A stretch of 64,000 nt of DNA from Synechococcales cyanobacterium bin2.concoct.b11b12b14.033 (GCA_013298875.1 JAAFJH010000001.1:7030-71029); one strand, 5' to 3'. Shown: positions 31,127 to 39,964, numbered from the stretch's first letter. The notes: generated by a model from the letters alone, not told the origin. Made by a program: numbers and translations.

Positions 31127-31690
31127 TTAAACAAAATTTCTTTCAAAGCTTCCTCTTAATGGTTTAATTCCTAAAAGTGAAAAAAACTCTTCTAAGTGAA
31201 ACCAAAAATTAAACTTGGCTAAAATCCCATTTGTAAAGCTTGTCATAACGCAAAAATTCTTGTCATAAGGCTTGGTGTGGTGTAATCCGTGTTCCTTTTT
31301 TGATTGAAGAATTTTTAGTTTTTGAAGCAGTGTAATAAATGCACCATTTTCTCTTTCTGTTCGGTGAGTAATTGCATGAAACTCATTACCCTGCGAAGCA
31401 AGTAAAAGGAAAAAACATATTTGCCAGTTCAATACCTGACACAAGGCCAAGATAGCTATTAAAACTATCGCCACTAAAACCGAAAGCTTAACTCTATGCC
31501 AATAAGTACTTTCCACAATGGCTCTTGGCTTAATATGATGATTTAAATTAGGCATAATTAGGTGCTTTCCAATAATGAGCCATTTGGGATTTCCATAAGT
31601 GTCTTCCCACCAATGAAATAAGCCCGTAAAAAAATCAGCCAAAATATAAAGCCCAAATATTTGAAAAGTAATAAAAAAATAGTTCAACAT
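31127..31690 (-). CDS. TMEM189/FAD4/CarF-like membrane lipid desaturase-family protein (Kua domain)
   Basis: 187 aa, 4 TM; His clusters HWWEDTYG, NHHIKP, HAITHRTE and C-terminal HGLHHTKPYDKNFCVMT resemble the HxxHH...P...YC arrangement of the FAD4/PEDS1 family. Confidence 0.4.
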   Translation of the reverse strand: MLNYFFITFQIFGLYILADFFTGLFHWWEDTYGNPKWLIIGKHLIMPNLNHHIKPRAIVESTYWHRVKLSVLVAIVLIAILALCQVLNWQICFFLLLASQGNEFHAITHRTERENGAFITLLQKLKILQSKKEHGLHHTKPYDKNFCVMTSFTNGILAKFNFWFHLEEFFSLLGIKPLRGSFERNFV

Positions 31691-31908
31691 CTTGTTTGTT
31701 TATTTGTGATTAGTTTGAGATGCAACTATTATACAAATATTAGTTCAAGATTCAACTACTTTTTTGTTATTTTAATAAATCAAATTATAAATTTTCGAGA
31801 GAGCATCCGATTAAAAAAATAGCAAACCTTATTTCTTTGTCCCAAAAAGCTTTTGAGCGGAAGTTAATAAGACTATGAGCTAAAAAAGGACACTCTCTTG
31901 AAAGGTTT

Positions 31909-32307
31909 TTACTTGGACTTTTTCTTAGTGGTAGCGGCTTTGGCTGAAACTTTAGAAGTGCTGGCTTTAGTAGCTGCTTTTTTCTTAGCACCAGCGGCAA
32001 CAATTTTTTTACCAAAAGATTTTAATTTTTTCTTTTGAGCGACTGATTGTTTAAGATTGTCCGAAAAACTAATAACTGGCACGTCAGTAGCAGGAATGGT
32101 CATTATTTTACGGGTTTGAGGATTAACGCCTTTGCGAGATTTACGATGTCTGACCTGAAAGCTTCCAAAACCGATTAAAGATACATTTTCATGCTTAGCT
32201 AAAGCTCCTGTAACCACATCCAAAAAAGAATTAAGGATTAAGGAAATTTTAGTTTTTTCCAATTCAGTTTTTTGAGCAATTTCATTGACTAATTCAGTTT
32301 TATTCAT
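31909..32307 (-). CDS. hup: DNA-binding protein HU with lysine/alanine-rich C-terminal tail
   Basis: HU fold (MNKTELVNEIAQKT...GFGSFQVRHRKSRKGVNPQTRKIMTIPA...) followed by a 45-aa KKKLKSFGKKIVAAGAKKKAATKASTSKVSAKAATTKKKSK histone-H1-like tail. The start is placed at MNKTEL; the tracked ORF begins 14 codons earlier. Confidence 0.85.
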   Translation of the reverse strand: MNKTELVNEIAQKTELEKTKISLILNSFLDVVTGALAKHENVSLIGFGSFQVRHRKSRKGVNPQTRKIMTIPATDVPVISFSDNLKQSVAQKKKLKSFGKKIVAAGAKKKAATKASTSKVSAKAATTKKKSK

Positions 32308-32464
32308 TTTTCTATTTTTATTGGTAAACGATAATATGCAAAAAAGCAATTAGAGTAAATCCGCCCTGAGTGAGTTGAAATCCAGCTCTAGTTTACTTTT
32401 CAACTTTGTCTAATGGCTTTTAAAGTATTAATTTCGGTTAAAAAATTTTCTTTTGCCGATTAGA

Positions 32465-33490
32465 CTAAGCATATAAACTTTGCCCAGTTGATCGTAAATC
32501 ATCACAAGCCAAACTTATTCTAGCTGCCATATTTTTCTCAGCTAATTTACCATAGTTTCGCGGATCATAAAACTTTTTATCACCAACTTCCCCATCAATC
32601 TTTAAAACTTTATCGTAATTTCTAATCATATGCTCGACAATTGGCCTTGTATAAGCATATTGAGTATCCGTGTCAACATTCATTTTTATGACGCCATATT
32701 CTAAAGTTTCATGAATTTCTTCAATTGACGATCCTGAGCCACCATGAAAGACTAAATTCAAATTAACTCCCGGGAATTCTTTGGTAACAGCAGTTTGTCC
32801 GTCATGTAAAATACTTGGTTTTAACTTAACACTGCCTGGTTTATAGACTCCATGAACATTTCCAAAGGTCGCGGCAAATAAAAATTCTTTTGATATTGGG
32901 CTTAATTGTTCATAAACATAAACCATATCTTCACGCGTTGTATAAAGCTTATCATTGCTCACTCCACTGGTATCATGGCCATCTTCTTCACCACCAACAA
33001 CTCCAGCTTCTACTTCCAACAATAATTCCAATTCAGTCATTTCTTTTAATAATTCTTTGTCAATGTTCATATTTTCTTTTAGTGGAAGCTCTGATCCATC
33101 AAACATATGAGAATTAAATAAATTAGCCAAGCCTTTTTCACGCCGACGACGAGTTTCAGAAATTAAAGGCCTTACAAATTTGTCTAATTTACCTGGTTGG
33201 CAGTGATCAGTATGCAAAGCGACATAAATATTAAATTGTTCGGCTAAACGGTGGACATATTCAGCAATCGCAATCGCTCCAGTTGGCATATCTTTAATTT
33301 TTGTTCCGGAAGCATATTCAGCTCCACCAGTTGAAACTTGTATTATTCCGTCAGATTGTTTATCTGCAAAACCTAGTAAAGCCGCTCTGGCTGTTTCCAT
33401 GCTGGTTACATTAATGGCGGCGAAAGCAAACTTTTTTTCTTTGGCTTTGGCAAGCATTTTACGGTAAATTTCGGGTGTGGCGACTGGCAT
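32465..33490 (-). CDS. fba: Fructose-bisphosphate aldolase, class II
   Basis: 341 aa; class II FBA blocks (AINVTSMETA..., HTDHC, GGEEDG, FHGGSGS). Confidence 0.95.
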   Translation of the reverse strand: MPVATPEIYRKMLAKAKEKKFAFAAINVTSMETARAALLGFADKQSDGIIQVSTGGAEYASGTKIKDMPTGAIAIAEYVHRLAEQFNIYVALHTDHCQPGKLDKFVRPLISETRRRREKGLANLFNSHMFDGSELPLKENMNIDKELLKEMTELELLLEVEAGVVGGEEDGHDTSGVSNDKLYTTREDMVYVYEQLSPISKEFLFAATFGNVHGVYKPGSVKLKPSILHDGQTAVTKEFPGVNLNLVFHGGSGSSIEEIHETLEYGVIKMNVDTDTQYAYTRPIVEHMIRNYDKVLKIDGEVGDKKFYDPRNYGKLAEKNMAARISLACDDLRSTGQSLYA

Positions 33491-33510
33491 AATTTATTTT
33501 TTTAGCTGAA

Positions 33511-33685
33511 CTAGTTTGATAATTTAAAATATAAAGCTTTTATTAAAAATAAGCGGGAAATAACTGACTTTTTAAGTAATTTTTAACTTTTTTAATTAAC
33601 TCAAACAAATCCTTAGACGCCAAGAATAATGATTGTTTTTAATTTTATTTTCCAAAACTTAAGATTATTACTTTTAGATTTTTGT
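33511..33685. repeat. Copy A of a roughly 170-bp duplicated upstream/5'-leader segment
   Basis: ctagtttgataatttaaaatataaagcttttattaaaaataagcgggaaataactgac...ccttagacgccaagaataatgattg... is about 95% identical to 34168-34335; lies between divergent fba and the 33763 gene. Confidence 0.8.
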
Positions 33686-33762
33686 TCATGTGAAGGTTTG
33701 TTTTAAAGTTCTCAATGATAGTCTTTGGTATATTTATTAAGTAAACTTTTAAAGGCAAAACA

Positions 33763-34107
33763 ATGACCGATTCAATCAGAGCAATTTCCCCTCAAAGCTG
33801 GAGAAACCTCGGACGAGAACTTACCCCTAGGGAAGAGGTTAGACAACGGGCAAAAAAATATTTACCTAATGCACAAGAACCTATTCTACCATTATCAGCC
33901 CCAAGAACTAAGCCAACTACTCCACAAAATGAAGGAAGTACTAATACAAATTCAGCACATTCAGAAAGTAATGACTTTCCCGATCACGTAAGTAGATTTG
34001 ATTTAAATGATAAACAGTTTTCTCTGCTGCCACCGGATAAGCAAGCTGAATTAAGTAAGAATGGCGGAACGATACCAGGCTGGTTAGCAAAAAGACTCTT
34101 AGGATAG
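33763..34107 (+). CDS. Hypothetical hydrophilic protein, paralog of the next gene's N-terminus (candidate secreted effector)
   Basis: 114 aa, no signal peptide, Pro/Ser/Thr/Asn-rich. Its first codons (atgaccgattcaatcagagcaatttcc) are recognisably homologous to the start of the 34424 gene, and it shares the duplicated upstream segment. Confidence 0.45.
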   Translation: MTDSIRAISPQSWRNLGRELTPREEVRQRAKKYLPNAQEPILPLSAPRTKPTTPQNEGSTNTNSAHSESNDFPDHVSRFDLNDKQFSLLPPDKQAELSKNGGTIPGWLAKRLLG

Positions 34108-34167
34108 TACCGCATAATTAATAGTTTCAAACCATAAAGTTAAAAGTGATTTCAATCCATTTTTTAA

Positions 34168-34335
34168 CTAGTTTGATGATTTAAAATATAAAGCTTTTAT
34201 TAAAAATAAGCGGTAAATAACTAACTTTTTAAGTAATTTTTAACTTTTTTAATTAACTCAAATAAATCCTTAGACGCCAAGAATAATGATTATTTTTAAT
34301 TTTATTTTTCATAGTTTGAGATTATTATTTTTTGT
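34168..34335. repeat. Copy B of the roughly 170-bp duplicated upstream/5'-leader segment
   Basis: Near-identical to 33511-33685 (a handful of substitutions); directly upstream of the 34424 gene. Confidence 0.8.
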
Positions 34336-34423
34336 CAATTGGTCAAACGAAGGTTTATTTTTAAATTCTTTAGTGTTAGGCTGTAAATTATATTTACTAA
34401 ACAAACTTTACAGGTAAAGAATA

Positions 34424-35629
34424 ATGACAAATCCAATTGGAGCAACTTCCACAGGACAAAAATATCAAACTCCAAGAAATAGTTTAAAACAAACTTGGGA
34501 GGAGCCTTCAGCTAGAACTATGGCTGAATTTGAGGCACAACAAGCCCAATCTCTAAGGGTTCCTAATCTTGAGGTAATAAAGGAATTGTTTACGAATGCT
34601 AAAACTGAAGCCCCCCAAAGCAAACTTTCAACTCCCGCCAGTAAATTATTAGAACCAGCTAATCAAAATCTTCAATTAACTGCTGAATTGCCAACTGATA
34701 AATTACTTCAAGAGTATGATACTTCACTCCAAACATTGGCTGCTGAGCATTATGCCAACTTACATGCTTTAACCCAATCAAATGAAGCAGATATTGAGGA
34801 ATTAAAAAGTAATATTGAAACAAAATTTAAAGAATTCTCAGCCAAAGAACTTCGGTCTCATCACGAAGCCGTAAAAAGAGCAGAAGAAGCCTTACTTTTA
34901 GCTAAAGCAGATTTGGCAAATGAAGAGAAAAAATTACTCGATATTAAGGGAGATTCACTAGAAGCTAAGAAAGCCAATTTATTAAAAGCTCACCAGAAAG
35001 CTCTGCAAACTGCTGGAAAAGAACATGAAAAAGCTGTGTCAAATGCAACTGGAGCCTATTATTTGAAAAAGAATAAATCGGAAGAGTTGGCAGAAAAAGT
35101 TAATAGTGTGTCAACCGCTTTTCTTTCTCAATTACCCCAAGAAGGGAAATCCACAACGCCTAATTCATTTCAAGATTCTATTACTGGATTAGGAGTATTG
35201 AAAAAGAATCTTCTTTCTTCAGCTAAAGCTAAACCTCAGTCAAATAATTCAGGTACGCCAACTACTTCGGAGCCATTAAGTAATAATACTACTTCCTCCA
35301 ACAACAATGAGTGGTTACCTAAAGCAGGTCAATCAATGCTTACCCCAAGGACAAAACCGTCAGTTTCACTTCCTAATAATGAAACAAGTGCTTCAAAACC
35401 AACGATTGAATCAATGACGACTCAGATTAAAAATAGTAATTTTATTAGTGCGGAAGATAAACAACAAAGACTTAGCTTAATTAAGGATTTTGATGAAATG
35501 CTTTCGGAAGGTAAAAAAGGAGAAGCCTTTAACCACTTAAACAAAATGATAACTAATAGAGAAGGAGTGCTAGCTAGTAAACTTAAAGACCTCTGGAATG
35601 CAACTCACCCAAATAATCCAATCGGTTAA
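34424..35629 (+). CDS. Hypothetical coiled-coil / low-complexity protein (candidate secreted effector)
   Basis: 401 aa; no signal peptide, disordered N-terminus, central coiled coil, S/T/N-rich tract (SNNSGTPTTSEPLSNNTTSSNNNEW). Confidence 0.5.
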   Translation: MTNPIGATSTGQKYQTPRNSLKQTWEEPSARTMAEFEAQQAQSLRVPNLEVIKELFTNAKTEAPQSKLSTPASKLLEPANQNLQLTAELPTDKLLQEYDTSLQTLAAEHYANLHALTQSNEADIEELKSNIETKFKEFSAKELRSHHEAVKRAEEALLLAKADLANEEKKLLDIKGDSLEAKKANLLKAHQKALQTAGKEHEKAVSNATGAYYLKKNKSEELAEKVNSVSTAFLSQLPQEGKSTTPNSFQDSITGLGVLKKNLLSSAKAKPQSNNSGTPTTSEPLSNNTTSSNNNEWLPKAGQSMLTPRTKPSVSLPNNETSASKPTIESMTTQIKNSNFISAEDKQQRLSLIKDFDEMLSEGKKGEAFNHLNKMITNREGVLASKLKDLWNATHPNNPIG

Positions 35630-35683
35630 GAACGCTTCTGAATCAGGATTTATTGGATTAAAGGATAAACAGGATTTACGTTT

Positions 35684-36094
35684 GTGAAAAGTTATAAAAG
35701 TCAATTCTTAAAATCTCAAAATCTTAAATATCCTGATTCAGATCATAAAAATATGATTATTCAACGAACAAATTTATCTGCTCAATTTATTAAAAGCCAA
35801 GTTGCTTACAAACATAAATCGGCACATTCCGTAGAGACGGGTAGTTATAGGGGGAGAATTTCAGAAGTTCGTGGATTTATTCTTGGTTTATTTTTGCTCG
35901 AACATCAAGCAAAATCATTAATTAAAAAACTTGATGAATTTGAATCTGCAATTCGAGATACTCGCTTCCTTACTGCTAAAGAAATTATAAATTCTTTTGA
36001 TCAATCGACCACAGACCCTTTAAATATTAAACCCGACGAAATAACAATTCAGAGACATTTACAAGAAATATTAAATCACGAAAGAAAATCTTAA
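35684..36094 (+). CDS. Hypothetical basic protein
   Basis: 136 aa; tracked ORF begins at GTG; first ATG (MIIQRTN...) is 23 codons in; no recognisable motif. Confidence 0.3.
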   Translation: MKSYKSQFLKSQNLKYPDSDHKNMIIQRTNLSAQFIKSQVAYKHKSAHSVETGSYRGRISEVRGFILGLFLLEHQAKSLIKKLDEFESAIRDTRFLTAKEIINSFDQSTTDPLNIKPDEITIQRHLQEILNHERKS

Positions 36095-36233
36095 ACCACT
36101 TTGTACCTTTTCTATTTTGAATACTCGCCTAGTAATTCAATTTACAAAGTCTCCTAAGCCTGTTTCTTATTGAAGCTTGCAAGATTTTAGGTTTATTTCT
36201 CCAACAAAAACATTGAAATTATTAAAAAGTAAT

Positions 36234-37061
36234 TTAATTTTGAGCGGCAAAAGCCGGAGCCATTCCAGCTAAGCGTCTTTTTATATATTCTTGGCTTGAT
36301 GGATAAGAACGGCGAAATGAAGCAGTTGGAATTATTTTTTTGAATAGAATTTCTGCCAAGTTTTCAACATTAATTTCAACATTTAAATAATAACTGTCAA
36401 GCCCAGCTCCAATTAAGCTAGTATATTCTCCATAAACAGGAAATACACTAGTACTTAATTCGCCTTTTAATAAAACTGCACGTGTTTTTCCCGAAGAATT
36501 ACTGTGTTGATAAGCAGTATTCCCCATAGAGCGATCCAACATGCCCAGTAAATTCCGCCTTGCAATTGGTAAAAGAGAGCTTTGTGGGTTTAAATTTCCT
36601 TTTTGTTTTGCCAAATCAATTATTTCAGCCGGTGGAATTAAAACTGGAAGTGCTATTTCGGGGTTTAAACGTAAACTGGCAAAATGCAAAATAGCATGAA
36701 AGCTTTCATGAATCCAGACTTTAATAACTTGTTCGGAATTATATTCTTTAAAATAATTGCCTGAAAAACGCATGCTCCAGTCATCTGAATGAAAGGTAGC
36801 CACAAATCGAATTCGGTCATAAGTAATTTCAGTAATTGGCAAAGGAGCTAAGCTAGGAAATAAAGCTAAGTGTAAGTCTTGCAAAAAGCTAATACGACTT
36901 TCTTTCGACATATAAGCCCACTCTGTCCGGGTTCTGCTAAAAAGTTGAGTTGCTTCCTGAAAAGCTATTGGTTTAAAAGTTTGTGCAAAAAAGCTTTGAT
37001 AAATCTCACTTGAAAGAGGTTTTACCTCGTCTGGTATTGGTTTTCCAGGCTGAATATACAT
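36234..37061 (-). CDS. Hypothetical protein with HExxH zinc-metallopeptidase motif
   Basis: 275 aa; WIHESFHAILH contains a canonical HEXXH; no signal peptide; otherwise unrecognised. Confidence 0.4.
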   Translation of the reverse strand: MYIQPGKPIPDEVKPLSSEIYQSFFAQTFKPIAFQEATQLFSRTRTEWAYMSKESRISFLQDLHLALFPSLAPLPITEITYDRIRFVATFHSDDWSMRFSGNYFKEYNSEQVIKVWIHESFHAILHFASLRLNPEIALPVLIPPAEIIDLAKQKGNLNPQSSLLPIARRNLLGMLDRSMGNTAYQHSNSSGKTRAVLLKGELSTSVFPVYGEYTSLIGAGLDSYYLNVEINVENLAEILFKKIIPTASFRRSYPSSQEYIKRRLAGMAPAFAAQN

Positions 37062-37070
37062 GGTGATGGT

Positions 37071-37670
37071 TTATGAATTATTTTGAATGAAATTTTTTAA
37101 TAATTGATGACCGTATTCTGTCATAATCGACTCTGGGTGAAATTGTACGCCATAAATTGGATATGTTAAATGCTGAATGGCCATAATTAAATTATCATCC
37201 TGGCTATGAGCGGTTATATTCAATTCTTCTTTTGGAAAAGTTATGTCGTTAATTACTAATGAATGATAGCGAGTTGCCTTGAATGAAGAAGGAATTTCTT
37301 TGAAGATAATTGAGTTTTGATGTTCTATAACTGATACTTTACCGTGTTTGGGTAAGGGTGCTTTGATAATTTCTCCGCCAAAAAACTGCCCAATGCACTG
37401 ATGGCCTAAGCAAACTCCCAAAATTGGTTTTTGATTATAAAAGTTTTTTAAAATATCTAAGCTGATTCCTGCCTCATTAGGAGTGCCAGGCCCTGGCGAA
37501 ATTACTATATGGCTAAAATTTAAACTCTCAATTTGACTTATGGTAATCTTGTCATTTCTTTCAACCAGAGTTTCATAGCCTAATTCCCATAAATATTGTG
37601 CCAAATTATAAGTAAAGCTATCGTAATTATCAACTAGAAGAATTTTAGTGGAATTATTCATGACATTCAA
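37071..37670 (-). CDS. pabA: Class I glutamine amidotransferase, anthranilate/aminodeoxychorismate synthase component II
   Basis: 199 aa; ILLVDNYDSFTYNL N-terminus, catalytic GVCLGHQ and HPES motifs. Confidence 0.85.
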   Translation of the reverse strand: MNVMNNSTKILLVDNYDSFTYNLAQYLWELGYETLVERNDKITISQIESLNFSHIVISPGPGTPNEAGISLDILKNFYNQKPILGVCLGHQCIGQFFGGEIIKAPLPKHGKVSVIEHQNSIIFKEIPSSFKATRYHSLVINDITFPKEELNITAHSQDDNLIMAIQHLTYPIYGVQFHPESIMTEYGHQLLKNFIQNNS

Positions 37671-37828
37671 GCAAATTATTAATTTATTTTACTATTTTAA
37701 ACTTTTAGCGAATTAGAATAATTAATTTTAAATTTATTTACATTTTCAGATTCTGAGATTAGCTTTGAGACCAGATTAATTGAAAATCTTTTGCAAAGCG
37801 AGAAGCTTAAACATACCATTAATCTACT

Positions 37829-37945
37829 TTATAAAAGTCCTAATTTTTTAAGTCTAAAACTCATGGCTTGACTAGAAACCTGAAAAGTATTAGCTAAGTC
37901 ATTAACTTCTTCGCATTGATTCCAGTACAAAGAAACTAATTGCAT
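37829..37945 (-). pseudogene. 38-codon remnant resembling the C-terminus of an ImmA/IrrE-family (DUF955) metallopeptidase
   Basis: Minus-strand ORF MQLVSLYWNQCEEVNDLANTFQVSSQAMSFRLKKLGLL* has the ...VSxQAMxxRLxxLGL* ending characteristic of ImmA/IrrE proteins; no upstream HExxH part remains. Confidence 0.3.
37832..37851. repeat. Left copy of the 20-bp direct repeat flanking hicBA (taaaagtcctaattttttaa)
   Basis: Identical 20-mer recurs at 38452-38471. It encodes ...KKLGLL* of the ImmA-like remnant on the minus strand. Confidence 0.8.
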
Positions 37946-37964
37946 TGAATAATCTAAGGAATTA

Positions 37965-38174
37965 TTAAATTAAGTCTTTTTCTGTGAGGTTAGCTTGTTT
38001 CATTATTGATTTTAATATCCCAATTCCTAAATCTTGATTTGAATGAACTGGCACAGAAATTGCAAAGTTATTTCCTTTTTTTCTATATACATGATGACTT
38101 CCATTAACACGAATAAAGATCCAGCCATGTTTTTCTAAAACTTTACAAAATGCTTTACCAGAATAACTTTTCAC
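37965..38174 (-). CDS. hicA: HicA-family mRNA interferase toxin
   Basis: 69 aa; YcfA/HicA fold with GWxxxRxxGSHHxY motif (KHGWIFIRVNGSHHVYRK). Confidence 0.85.
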   Translation of the reverse strand: MKSYSGKAFCKVLEKHGWIFIRVNGSHHVYRKKGNNFAISVPVHSNQDLGIGILKSIMKQANLTEKDLI

Positions 38175-38377
38175 AAATTAAACTCCATCAATTGAGAACG
38201 CTTATCTAATTCACCTTCTGGAATATTCATTGCTTCAATCCAGCCTTCAGCAGACTCTTTTAAGTTTTCAATTATCTCTTCAATAGTTTTGCCTTGAGTA
38301 AAACAACCAGGTAAAGCTGGTACTTCCGCCCAGTAACCGCCTTCTTCTGCTTCGTGAATAATTGCTTGAATTTTCAT
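38171..38377 (-). CDS. hicB: HicB-family antitoxin (short UPF0150 form)
   Basis: 68 aa; MKIQAIIHEAEEGGYWAEVPALPGCFTQGKTIEEIIENLKE matches the HicB RNase-H-like N-domain; 4-nt overlap with hicA downstream. Confidence 0.7.
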   Translation of the reverse strand: MKIQAIIHEAEEGGYWAEVPALPGCFTQGKTIEEIIENLKESAEGWIEAMNIPEGELDKRSQLMEFNL

Positions 38378-38451
38378 CTTGTTTTTTTATTACTAATTAC
38401 ATCTTACCTAAAAAAATATTAACTTAAAATAATACAAATCTAGCCTGTTTT

Positions 38452-38471
38452 TAAAAGTCCTAATTTTTTAA
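38452..38471. repeat. Right copy of the 20-bp direct repeat flanking hicBA
   Basis: Exact copy of 37832-37851, 620 bp away; sits in the 5' leader of the OLD-like gene. Confidence 0.8.
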
Positions 38472-38509
38472 AGTTTATTTTACAATCAAGCAAATGAAAA
38501 AGTTTTGAG

Positions 38510-39964
38510 ATGTTTAAGAACATGGCAATCTTAAAAGAAGTATGTATTGAAAAATTTCGAGATATAAAAGATCTAATTTTACCAATTGGTGAGCGGCTTA
38601 CAATAATAGCTGGGCGAAATGGAACTTCCAAAACAACAATTTTAGGAATGCTAGCACATGGGTTTACTTTTGATGCAGAACATAAAACATTATTTGGATC
38701 TGCTTTTCATACAGACTTAAAAGAGGTACTCCAGCTAAGTGATGAAGAGATTCAAAGTACAAAAATTAATATAAATCTCCACTCTAAAGAAAGACCATTT
38801 ATTCAGCTAATACCTACTTATCATAAAGAGGAGGATAGACACAGAATTGTTGCAAGAGGAAAAGCGGAAGACTCAGAGGGAAAGCTTAAGGCAATAAGTT
38901 CAAAACATTCTTGTCCAGTAATTTACTTAACTCTTGGCAGATTAAGTCCACTATTTGAGCTTACATCTGCCGATCCAGATCATTCTTTTCAAGAGGAAAG
39001 CTTAAGTGAGGATGAGCTAAAAATAGGCCAACACTTACATAAAGCTTTAATTAACATTGATGAAGAGCTTATCAGTTTTGAAAGACTGACATCAAAGATA
39101 AAAACAAAAAGTGGAAAGAATACCAGAAAAATAGCTGCGGGAACGAAGAAGTATGGGAAATATGGCATGTCCGCAGGACAGGATACTATTGTTCAAATTG
39201 CTTTTGCCATCCTTTCCTTCAAGCGATTAAAAGAAAAAACTCAAGATTATAAAGGAGGTCTTTTATTAATTGATGAAGTTGAAGCGACCTTGCATCCATC
39301 TGCCCAGAGAAGTCTTATTCAAATACTAAATCAATATTCCAGAGAGTATAGCATGCAAATTGTTTTAACTACCCATTCATGGTCATTTCTTCAAGACAGT
39401 CGTAAGGAAAAATCGCAGATCAACTATATTACAAAAGATGAAGGGGAATTTAAATTACTTACAGATATGCAGGGGATAGAAGAAGATTTCTTTTCGAGAG
39501 CATTTGATCAAAGAAAATCAAAAATACAAATACCTGGTTTTTGTGAAGATAAATCTGCAAAGAAATTCTTGGAACTCATTCTTTCAAAAGAAAATAAGGA
39601 GCAAATTCATCTTGGAGTATTGGGTACACGTGATGTTATTGTGCAGCTGGCAAAGAATTTCTTTAAGTGTAAATTGAATCCTTGCGTATGGTTCTTGGAT
39701 GGAGATCAATTGAGATCTAAAAACTTAGAAAAGGGAGTACTCGTTTTACCTTCTAATAGGCAAGTTTGCCCAGAATTGGAAATTTACGAGTTTCTAGTTG
39801 GCTTAGAATCTTCAGATTCTTTGTGGCAATTAATTAGCTATACAAAATCTCAAATGTTTCACAAGTCAAATAGTGAGCCATTAAAGTCTAGGCCAGAAAA
39901 CAAAGCGAAAAGATTATGGGAAGATATCTCAAATACAAGTCGTAAAGTGAACATAAGACTTTAA
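38510..39964 (+). CDS. OLD-family ATP-dependent nuclease (ABC/AAA_21-type ATPase fused to a C-terminal Toprim domain)
   Basis: 484 aa; Walker A GRNGTSKTT, ABC-signature-like MSAGQ, Walker B LLLIDEVEATLHP, H-loop VLTTHS; then Toprim-like glutamate (GFCEDKSAKKFLE) and DxD (WFLDGDQ). Confidence 0.75.
   Translation: MFKNMAILKEVCIEKFRDIKDLILPIGERLTIIAGRNGTSKTTILGMLAHGFTFDAEHKTLFGSAFHTDLKEVLQLSDEEIQSTKININLHSKERPFIQLIPTYHKEEDRHRIVARGKAEDSEGKLKAISSKHSCPVIYLTLGRLSPLFELTSADPDHSFQEESLSEDELKIGQHLHKALINIDEELISFERLTSKIKTKSGKNTRKIAAGTKKYGKYGMSAGQDTIVQIAFAILSFKRLKEKTQDYKGGLLLIDEVEATLHPSAQRSLIQILNQYSREYSMQIVLTTHSWSFLQDSRKEKSQINYITKDEGEFKLLTDMQGIEEDFFSRAFDQRKSKIQIPGFCEDKSAKKFLELILSKENKEQIHLGVLGTRDVIVQLAKNFFKCKLNPCVWFLDGDQLRSKNLEKGVLVLPSNRQVCPELEIYEFLVGLESSDSLWQLISYTKSQMFHKSNSEPLKSRPENKAKRLWEDISNTSRKVNIRL

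Noticed and set aside
31785-32015. 76-aa ORF overlapping the HU 3' end in another frame
   Set aside because: Overlaps a well-supported hup gene by >100 nt, basic low-complexity translation mirrors the HU tail frame-shifted; likely spurious.
38440-38631. 63-aa minus-strand ORF ending ...NFKKLGLLKTG, overlapping the start of the OLD-family gene
   Set aside because: Antisense to a strongly supported gene start. Its only notable feature is that its 3' end is the second copy of the 20-bp direct repeat (reported as a repeat, not as a gene).
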